From the NCBI RefSeq assembly GCF_037042905.1, contig NC_087251.1, forward strand, positions 40,984,001 through 41,048,000: a stretch of 64,000 bases of DNA, read 5' to 3'. The first letter of the stretch is position 1. Each line of letters starts with the position of its first letter. A program made the position numbers and the translations under genes. Below are positions 62,401 through 64,000 of this stretch, piece after piece. Under the pieces are notes generated by a model that was given only the letters and a program-made list of their open reading frames with translations, was not told the DNA's origin and searched no databases. Source of the stretch: Lytechinus pictus (taxonomy: Eukaryota).

Positions 62401-63829
62401 TGGTTGTTTTGTCGCGCAAGCCGTTTGCGGCAGCTTCTCGAGACATCTTTCACGCTGGATTGTTGAAACGATCAAGTCAGTTGGTGATGATGTTCTCCTT
62501 CAGACACTAGGCCGAGGGCCCATGATATTATAGTATCATTCTTCTTGGGCTCTTTCTATGGAATCGTCGTATACGACATCTTGAGGACCGCCTTTTTGGC
62601 GCTCTTCTAATTCCTTGTTCTTAAGGACCTTTCTTCACATGAGGCCTTATTTGCCTCCTCTGTCCTTAAGGCAGCGGCCTTTCGTGTCTTCATCTCCCTA
62701 TTTTTGTACGCACTTTCTTAGTCTAGACATGCCTCCCTTCACGTTGAATCCGTGTTGGTCTAGCAAATCAAATGAGTATATCCCAGTTATTGATGTAAAT
62801 TATGAAAATACTTACGTTTATTTTCTTATTTACAAGATAAATGGATATACTCATTTGAACCCTCCCACCTACCCCTCGCCTTGCGTGGCAACATGTCTTG
62901 CGTGCAGGCTCATGAGAGGAAATGGACGCCAAATTGCGCGATGATCTTGGGATAGTGCGTTCATAGGGAGATGTAGCGCGCGCGCAGGAAAATTGTGGAC
63001 TGTATATTCGGCGTGCTGGTTCATCGTAATGAACAAGCAAATCAAATGAGTATATCCAGTTATCTCGTAAATAAGAAAATAAACGTAAGTATTTTCATAT
63101 TTCTTGACAATGTTATCATTAAGTTCATTGTATCTTACAAAGTTAGAAATGGTAAATAAAATAACAAGGATTTCTGAGGCCCAGTTCTGATAAATTATCT
63201 CTTAGGGTTTAAGGCTGCTCTGAACTAGTCACTGTTGCATCTGCACCCGACCACGCCATGGAACTTTCGTTCTGTTGCTGTGTACCCGTGAGGATGATGA
63301 GGGTGCTACTGTACATTTAAAGAGATATTTTCCCTCCTGTTTTAAATAATTCTGAATAATTGATAGTGCTACTTGTGGATCTGAAATGTCTTGCATACTT
63401 TTTAATAACGTTTATTAGGCATTTAATCTTCATTTGCCACTCTCCACCCAGGTGTAGTAAATGGGTACCTGGCAGGAAGGAATTTCTTGAATGCTCGAGC
63501 GTCTGATCAGGGTAGCCGTGCTTAAGCCGGGGTAATAGTATGCAGCGCTTAGAAACATTTATATTAAGCGCTTTATACATGTTGCATATTATTAGCATTA
63601 TTATTAATAACATTTTTTCCTCTCTTGTATTAATCAGATATTGCAGACAAGGTTCAATAGTTTCACTAAAGACATCCTGACCAACGAAGGTCGTATCAGA
63701 GCTATAGGTAACAAGGCAAACACCCTTATCAAGAGCGGTATTGATGAGGATGATACCGTAGCAACGAGATGCCAAGAGCTTGAGATCAGATGGGATGAAC
63801 TCAAGGAGGCTACTAATGCCAGAACACAG
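2189..63829 (+). CDS. SPTBN5: Beta-heavy spectrin (SPTBN5/karst-like), partial spliced CDS: 44 exons, about 22 spectrin repeats; gene extends beyond both window ends
   Basis: Exons join in frame to 2305 codons with recurring spectrin motifs (W..EK, DYGKD..SV..LLKKH, KHQAFEAE). More than 17 uninterrupted repeats argues against conventional beta-spectrin; no SH3 in about 22 repeats argues against alpha-spectrin. Orthology is inferred, not searched. Confidence 0.85.
2463..2720. mobile_element. MITE family C (GGCCCCGTCTTACAAAGAG-type TIR)
   Basis: Imperfect TIRs; internal sequence similar to the copies at 21928-22170 and 32511-32777. Confidence 0.7.
2722..2820. mobile_element. short MITE
   Basis: GGGGCTCATTTCATAAAGACTT ... 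AAGTTCTTGATGAAACGGGCC imperfect TIR, directly adjacent to the preceding MITE. Confidence 0.55.
3230..3421 (+). CDS. SPTBN5: spectrin exon 2
   Basis: cag|IELYNHSWGETKEWIMDK...LGLLAI|gtaagt. Confidence 0.9.
3443..3587. mobile_element. MITE family F (GGGAGTGTTTCA TIR)
   Basis: TIR plus core GTTATAAGCTACTGAAAT..TGATTGGCTGAG shared with 14720-14859 and about 32825-32945. Confidence 0.7.
5439..5598 (+). CDS. SPTBN5: spectrin exon 3
   Basis: cag|VKTSYPDEG...FHNESKEL|gtgagt. Confidence 0.9.
5902..6193 (+). mobile_element. Helentron/HINE-like non-autonomous element
   Basis: AGTCTCACCT subterminal repeat mirrored by AGGCGAGACT, TCTG-type microsatellite, GGTCAAGGGTCA, 3' hairpin GGTTTGCGAACC. Confidence 0.5.
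6458..6585 (+). CDS. SPTBN5: spectrin exon 4
   Basis: tag|ITWCNEMNG...DIQAHED|gtgagt. Confidence 0.9.
7213..7372 (+). CDS. SPTBN5: spectrin exon 5
   Basis: tag|FTKLSKLGQQL...LQDALDLA|gtgagt. Confidence 0.9.
8222..8490 (-). mobile_element. tRNA-derived SINE (family S1)
   Basis: Reverse strand shows A/B-box head (GTTCGAATCC) and the shared core TGCACTCAACCCAGGTGAGGTAAATGGGTACC; copies at 20560, 30710, 44077, 63420. Confidence 0.8.
8763..8840 (+). CDS. SPTBN5: spectrin exon 6
   Basis: tag|ILNREADQIDVTTSGHEDFLDFNDLG|gtaagt. Confidence 0.9.
9847..9986 (+). CDS. SPTBN5: spectrin exon 7
   Basis: cag|STVESVISLLKRHEDF...KHYAKN|gtgagt. Confidence 0.9.
10261..10569. mobile_element. MITE family A (GGCCCGTATTCTGAAGTCAGGTTTAA TIR)
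   Basis: TIR of about 28 bp; six related copies in the window. Confidence 0.88.
10611..10734 (+). CDS. SPTBN5: spectrin exon 8
   Basis: cag|VVSRRDEV...FVRDADE|gtaatc. Confidence 0.9.
11302..11448 (+). CDS. SPTBN5: spectrin exon 9
   Basis: cag|ISSWLAEK...KHQAFQAE...LNE|gtaggt. Confidence 0.92.
11695..12352. mobile_element. piggyBac-like MITE
   Basis: TTAA|CCCTAATTTAACTGG ... CTAGTTAAGTAAGGG|TCAA. Confidence 0.65.
12590..12853 (+). CDS. SPTBN5: spectrin exon 10
   Basis: tag|TGTALVDS...DVGHDLRSVKSLLKRQQ|gtcaag. Confidence 0.9.
12881..12994. mobile_element. 114-bp hAT-like MITE
   Basis: TIR of about 30 bp CAGTGGCGGACCGTGACCCG(A/G)AGGAGACAAA; perfect 8-bp TSD ATGCAATT. Confidence 0.9.
13575..13705 (+). 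CDS. SPTBN5: spectrin exon 11
   Basis: tag|VLDAEMSLQ...GHFDKDKI...FTQ|gtgaat. Confidence 0.9.
13743..14370. mobile_element. TA-flanked (Tc1/mariner-like) MITE with a nested TIR element at 13855-14284
   Basis: TA|CAGGGAAACCCG ... CAGGTTTGCTG|TA; inner CCAGTTCGTAGTT / AACTACGAACTGG flanked by TATA. Confidence 0.6.
14720..14859. mobile_element. MITE family F abutting the exon 12 acceptor
   Basis: Same core as 3443-3587; right TIR GTGAAACACTCCCC directly precedes the acceptor CAG. Confidence 0.7.
14863..15049 (+). CDS. SPTBN5: spectrin exon 12
   Basis: cag|FNELEGPAEKRR...MLKKHQ|gtatac. Confidence 0.9.
16124..16324 (+). CDS. SPTBN5: spectrin exon 13
   Basis: cag|KLEAEITGHQPVI...AFEAQK|gtaagc. 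Confidence 0.92.
16819..16935 (+). CDS. SPTBN5: spectrin exon 14
   Basis: cag|YYSEAVEAESWMTEK...DYGKDEDAT...KNK|gtgaat. Confidence 0.92.
16958..17294 (+). mobile_element. Helentron/HINE (DINE-1-like) element
   Basis: TTTTATGCCCC subTIR, internal GGGGGCAT, GTCC microsatellite, 3' GCGGGGGCAT plus hairpin GTGTCC-TTT-GGACAC and CTAG end, in a T-rich site. Confidence 0.65.
17663..17776 (+). CDS. SPTBN5: spectrin exon 15
   Basis: cag|ALELNIEHYE...ITEKQ|gtacgt. Confidence 0.9.
17851..18344. mobile_element. TTAA-flanked (Kolobok-like) MITE
   Basis: TTAA|AGGAAAATGAAACCCTTGAAACAGGTT ... AACTTGTTCCAAAGGTTTCATTCCCCCT|TTAA. Confidence 0.8.
18434..19518. mobile_element. TIR DNA element with 4-bp TSD
   Basis: GCAT|CAGTCAGACGGCAGGTCCC ... 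GGGACCTGCTGTCTGACTG|GCAT; internal inverted repeat about 18830-18850 / 19097-19119. Confidence 0.8.
20349..20531 (+). CDS. SPTBN5: spectrin exon 16
   Basis: cag|EELVNQYK...SSEEYGQDYEHLE|gtaatg. Confidence 0.92.
20560..20855 (-). mobile_element. SINE family S1
   Basis: Same core and tRNA-like head as 8222-8490; (TAA)n tail. Confidence 0.8.
21286..21431 (+). CDS. SPTBN5: spectrin exon 17
   Basis: cag|ELSKKFDEF...EKQDSL|gtgagt. Confidence 0.9.
21569..21769. mobile_element. MITE family D
   Basis: GATGTTTCACAAAG ... CTTTGTGAAACATC TIR; inverted relative to 40260-40468. Confidence 0.75.
21928..22170. mobile_element. MITE family C
   Basis: CCCCGACTTACAAAGAGTTATGATTGAT / ATCAATCATAACTCTTTGTAAGATGGGG, CTG-flanked. 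Confidence 0.8.
22454..22762. mobile_element. MITE family A
   Basis: Same TIR as 10261; reverse orientation. Confidence 0.88.
22885..23297. mobile_element. TA-flanked MITE with internal GCCGATGCAGAATCGGC repeats
   Basis: TA|CCGTGTTTACAC ... GTGTAAACACGG|TA. Confidence 0.82.
23450..23763. mobile_element. MITE family A
   Basis: Close reverse complement of 10261-10569. Confidence 0.88.
24231..24345 (+). CDS. SPTBN5: spectrin exon 18
   Basis: cag|QALDMLM...IHQFNRDYEEAMSRIQ|gtaagc. Confidence 0.9.
24370..24875 (-). mobile_element. LINE (L2/CR1-group) 3' fragment
   Basis: ORF2 C-terminal motif HASPLLHQLHWLPV...YKCLH...PSYL...LRS...GDRTF on the minus strand. Confidence 0.8.
24878..25259. mobile_element. 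MITE family E
   Basis: CTCATCCACTTTCTTGAACTGG / CTAGTTTGAAGGAAGTAGATGAG; related partial copy at about 50090-50448. Confidence 0.6.
25901..26011 (+). CDS. SPTBN5: spectrin exon 19
   Basis: cag|EKYAIIPDELGKDVNSV...KHEAFENDLVALEQQ|gtgaga. Confidence 0.92.
26673..26852 (+). CDS. SPTBN5: spectrin exon 20
   Basis: cag|LQSLVNEAVRLQDEYPGEN...FHRLMAT|gtaagc. Confidence 0.92.
27120..27471 (+). repeat. Degenerate 130-bp tandem triplication across the exon 21 acceptor
   Basis: Acceptor-equivalent positions at 27165, 27295 and 27425, exactly 130 apart. Confidence 0.8.
27426..27629 (+). CDS. SPTBN5: spectrin exon 21
   Basis: cag|CKDLIKWS...LIQQGHFARQE|gtagat. Confidence 0.9.
27591..28124 (+). repeat. 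8-unit 63/77-bp minisatellite built from the exon 21 3' end and donor
   Basis: Units start at 27591, 27654, 27731, 27794, 27857, 27934, 27997, 28060. Confidence 0.95.
29177..29326 (+). CDS. SPTBN5: spectrin exon 22
   Basis: aag|IQERIEAVL...LSSQQE|gtaggt. Confidence 0.88.
29346..29955. mobile_element. TTAA-flanked (Kolobok-like) MITE
   Basis: TTAA|AGGGATGGTCCAGGCTG ... CAGCCCGGACCATCCCT|TTAA with long subterminal inverted repeats. Confidence 0.88.
30710..30996 (-). mobile_element. SINE family S1
   Basis: tRNA-like head, shared core and (TAA)n tail. Confidence 0.82.
31051..31155 (+). CDS. SPTBN5: spectrin exon 23
   Basis: cag|VYLQSSDMGATVEEVEAQIKKHEAFEKVLATQEEK|gtttgt. Confidence 0.92.
31357..31535 (+). 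mobile_element. tRNA-headed SINE (second family)
   Basis: GTGGCCGAGTGGTCTAAGGCG A box and GGTTCGATCC B box, followed by GTGAGCAAGGCATTTAA body. Confidence 0.7.
32283..32377 (+). CDS. SPTBN5: spectrin exon 24
   Basis: tag|TSTLQVFGSQLMEEGHFDS...EVTK|gtgaga. Confidence 0.9.
32511..32777. mobile_element. MITE family C
   Basis: GGCCCCGTCTTACGAAGAGTTACGATTGATCC TIR; CAG/CTG flanks. Confidence 0.8.
32977..33067 (+). CDS. SPTBN5: spectrin exon 25
   Basis: tag|RARLRDLSAERR...QFNRDIAE|gttagt. Confidence 0.9.
33657..33812 (+). CDS. SPTBN5: spectrin exon 26
   Basis: tag|AQAWIGEK...LQKHQAFEAEIKAN...VKQ|gtaatt. Confidence 0.92.
35391..35582 (+). CDS. SPTBN5: spectrin exon 27
   Basis: cag|EGESLLKQQH...EKWTREK|gtaaat. 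Confidence 0.9.
35660..35875. mobile_element. MITE
   Basis: GTTGCAAGAAA..TTGCAATCAATCGCAA / TTGCAATTGATCGCAAGTTTCTTGCAAC. Confidence 0.6.
36141..36224 (+). CDS. SPTBN5: spectrin exon 28
   Basis: cag|EVMVSAHDVGNDYEHCMELQKKLNDIGS|gtaagt. Confidence 0.9.
36255..36630 (+). mobile_element. LINE (L2-like) 3' fragment
   Basis: APEYL...YTPSRNLRS...RFAVAAAKTWNAIP...FKSSLKT followed by an (ATT)n tail. Confidence 0.8.
37053..37261. mobile_element. MITE with TTAGGG-like internal tract
   Basis: GACATTTTCTCCAGCGACAATCGCTCC / GGAGCAATTGTCGCTGGAGAAAATGTC; half copy at about 44553-44600. Confidence 0.75.
37887..38008 (+). CDS. SPTBN5: spectrin exon 29
   Basis: cag|DLSVDDVYVNQM...EDIKT|gtaaag. Confidence 0.9.
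38514..38628 (+). CDS. SPTBN5: spectrin exon 30
   Basis: tag|WQALQSGL...IHAFNRDIDDVMERISEK|gtatca. Confidence 0.92.
38658..39052. mobile_element. Harbinger-like MITE (AGGCCACCGCACAC TIR)
   Basis: TTA|AGGCCACCGCACAC ... GTGTGCGATGGCCT|TTA. Confidence 0.8.
40260..40468. mobile_element. MITE family D
   Basis: GGGGTGTTTCACAAAG / CTTTGTGAAACACCCC, CTG-flanked. Confidence 0.85.
40667..40780 (+). CDS. SPTBN5: spectrin exon 31
   Basis: cag|RNAMDIDEVGKDVSSVESLQRRH...TRLK|gtagga. Confidence 0.9.
41406..41588 (+). CDS. SPTBN5: spectrin exon 32
   Basis: tag|ELKNAAAVL...FYKDYREM|gtaagc. Confidence 0.87.
41872..41973 (+). CDS. SPTBN5: spectrin exon 33
   Basis: cag|MSWTGQVINHMTSGELAK...LHKERK|gtaatt. 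Confidence 0.9.
42442..42570. mobile_element. CAG-flanked short MITE
   Basis: CAG|GGGCCCATAACACAAAGCTTAGC ... GCTAACCTTAGTGTTACGGGACC|CAG. Confidence 0.8.
42812..43078 (+). CDS. SPTBN5: spectrin exon 34
   Basis: cag|AEIDGRNAKF...WLATKEAFITQEDAG|gtgagt. Confidence 0.92.
43320..43490. repeat. (TTTA)n microsatellite, degenerate
   Basis: Direct inspection. Confidence 0.9.
43777..43949 (+). CDS. SPTBN5: spectrin exon 35
   Basis: tag|DSLTMVESMARKHEGFEK...QAIAD|gttagt. Confidence 0.92.
44075..44333 (+). mobile_element. SINE family S1
   Basis: GTGGTCTAGTGGTTAAG head, core TGCACTCAACCCAGGTGAGGTAAATGGGTACC, ATT tail. Confidence 0.82.
44340..44500 (-). mobile_element. LINE (L2-like) 3' fragment
   Basis: YGDGAFSSVATRLWNSLP on the minus strand. 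Confidence 0.7.
45090..45327 (+). CDS. SPTBN5: spectrin exon 36
   Basis: tag|RDKLYNETE...KLQKHQAFEAEL...SIQQ|gtttgt. Confidence 0.92.
45338..45781. mobile_element. Harbinger-like MITE (same TIR as 38658)
   Basis: TAA|AGGCCACCGCACACCT ... AGGTGTGCAGTGGCCT|TTA; starts 10 nt after the end of exon 36. Confidence 0.8.
46176..46476. mobile_element. MITE family A
   Basis: Same TIR; closely matches 22454-22762. Confidence 0.88.
47110..47247 (+). CDS. SPTBN5: spectrin exon 37
   Basis: cag|RGEAMIEKEHHAA...LQQAYK|gtagga. Confidence 0.92.
47851..49073 (+). mobile_element. hAT-like deletion derivative with 6-bp TSD
   Basis: CATAAG|CAGAGCTTCCAAG ... GTTGGCAGCTCTG|CATAAG; subterminal CTCCCG repeats; GC-rich interior followed by a possible transposase N-terminal stub at 48601-48690. 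Confidence 0.75.
49687..49812 (+). CDS. SPTBN5: spectrin exon 38
   Basis: aag|AHVLQRTIDEMSDWL...DVGKDMASVKHLIKKHQ|gtaggt. Confidence 0.88.
50590..50720 (+). CDS. SPTBN5: spectrin exon 39
   Basis: tag|AVNLDVESYEEK...TVYQ|gtaagg. Confidence 0.9.
51248..51434 (+). CDS. SPTBN5: spectrin exon 40
   Basis: aag|YDAVNELAAKR...DYGSSLTAVQNLFKRHQ|gttagg. Confidence 0.9.
52027..52227 (+). CDS. SPTBN5: spectrin exon 41
   Basis: tag|ILESEITAHEQLI...ALDIQK|gtaaga. Confidence 0.92.
52287..52699. mobile_element. MITE with long, near-perfect TIRs
   Basis: About 70-bp TIR GGCCCGAATTCACAAAGGTGGTTTTGAAAACCCACGG...TTTCCTGTA, matching at both ends. Confidence 0.92.
53617..53921. mobile_element. MITE family A
   Basis: Same TIR; forward orientation. 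Confidence 0.88.
54520..54750 (+). CDS. SPTBN5: spectrin exon 42
   Basis: cag|FFSDLMEAESWM...DYGKNEDSV...VKKRQ|gtttgg. Confidence 0.92.
55984..56240 (+). mobile_element. tRNA-headed SINE (third family)
   Basis: TGGCTCAGTTGATAGAGCG A box and GGTTCAAACCC B box, followed by non-tRNA body CAGACCAAAAGACGTTAAAA. Confidence 0.7.
56308..56490 (+). CDS. SPTBN5: spectrin exon 43
   Basis: tag|TEIENEYQE...SEDYGKDLEHVE|gtaaac. Confidence 0.92.
56677..56835 (+). repeat. DIRS left inverted terminal repeat
   Basis: Reverse complement of 62915-63063 with two substitutions and one 1-nt indel, read by eye. Confidence 0.92.
62415..62632 (+). pseudogene. Frameshifted C-terminal remnant of the DIRS tyrosine recombinase
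   Basis: KPFAAASRD / LSRWIVETIK ... RAHDI ... ILRTAF / WRSSNS in shifting frames; resembles the DIRS YR box II region, with the HxxR arginine lost. Confidence 0.7.
62762..62858 (+). other. DIRS internal complementary region (ICR)
   Basis: First half is the reverse complement of the left end (TTTACATCAATAACTGGGATATACTCATTTGATTTGCT); second half is the reverse complement of the right end (TCAAATGAG...CGTAAGTATTTTCATA). Confidence 0.92.
62915..63102 (+). repeat. DIRS right inverted terminal repeat plus right extension
   Basis: Inverted copy of the left ITR followed by a unique extension of about 40 nt that the ICR matches. Confidence 0.9.
63420..63610 (+). mobile_element. SINE S1-related 3' part
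   Basis: CTCTCCACCCAGGTGTAGTAAATGGGTACC core, GCCGGGGTAATA, ATT tail. Confidence 0.7.
63638..63829 (+). CDS. SPTBN5: spectrin exon 44
   Basis: cag|ILQTRFNSF...ATNARTQ|gtgaga. Confidence 0.9.
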
Positions 63830-63881
63830 GTGAGAAGCAGATAAAATCCTGTGATGGATGTAAATATCTGTAAATCACAAA

Positions 63882-64000
63882 GGCCCGTATTCTTAAGTCA
63901 GGTTAAACTTAGACCATGGTCTAACTCTGTGCTAAAATTATGGGAAGCCAAAAGTCTCAATTTTTATTAAGTTGCATTTTTTTTTAATGTTTACTGTGCT
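63882..64000. mobile_element. MITE family A (truncated by window end)
   Basis: Matches the first about 120 nt of 10261-10569. Confidence 0.85.

Larger units (their letters stand above)
56677..63102 (+). mobile_element. DIRS1-like tyrosine-recombinase retrotransposon, non-autonomous (coding regions decayed)
   Basis: Inverted terminal repeats about 56693-56835 and 62915-63057; right-end extension to 63102; ICR at 62762-62858 complementary to both outer ends; TTT at both ends and no other TSD; remnants PGFY (59062), ATVDAF (60568), LSRWIVETIK (62447), RAHDI (62515), ILRTAF/WRSSN (62578). Confidence 0.9.

Noticed and set aside
58731..62944. GC-rich ORFs of 60-164 aa as genuine genes
   Set aside because: Chance open frames over decayed DIRS sequence; recognisable motifs jump between frames.
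2189..63829. Alpha-spectrin or conventional beta-spectrin assignment
   Set aside because: About 22 uninterrupted repeats without SH3, EF-hand or PH domains fit neither.

Overview
AT-rich animal genomic DNA; the SINE/MITE style suggests a marine invertebrate, possibly an echinoderm (inference). The window lies inside one plus-strand gene. I traced 44 GT-AG exons (2189-63829; 6915 nt, 2305 codons, every junction phase-compatible) that encode about 22 consecutive spectrin repeats with no SH3, CH, EF-hand or PH domain. This fits the rod of beta-heavy spectrin (SPTBN5/karst-like); both gene ends lie outside the window. The introns contain many MITEs (Harbinger-, hAT-, TTAA-, TA- and Helentron-like), tRNA-headed SINEs and LINE 3' fragments. 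Most notable is a 6.4-kb DIRS1-type retroelement (56677-63102) with near-identical inverted terminal repeats and an intact ICR. Its RT and tyrosine-recombinase coding sequence has decayed to traces, and the region where gag would lie holds nested hairpins, including six copies of a bulged stem-loop with compensatory and G-U-preserving changes. Also notable: tandem duplications over both splice sites of exon 27426-27629, a MITE end supplying an acceptor, and intron positions recording a 13-repeat internal duplication. Most ORFs in the supplied track are spurious or are exon read-throughs.
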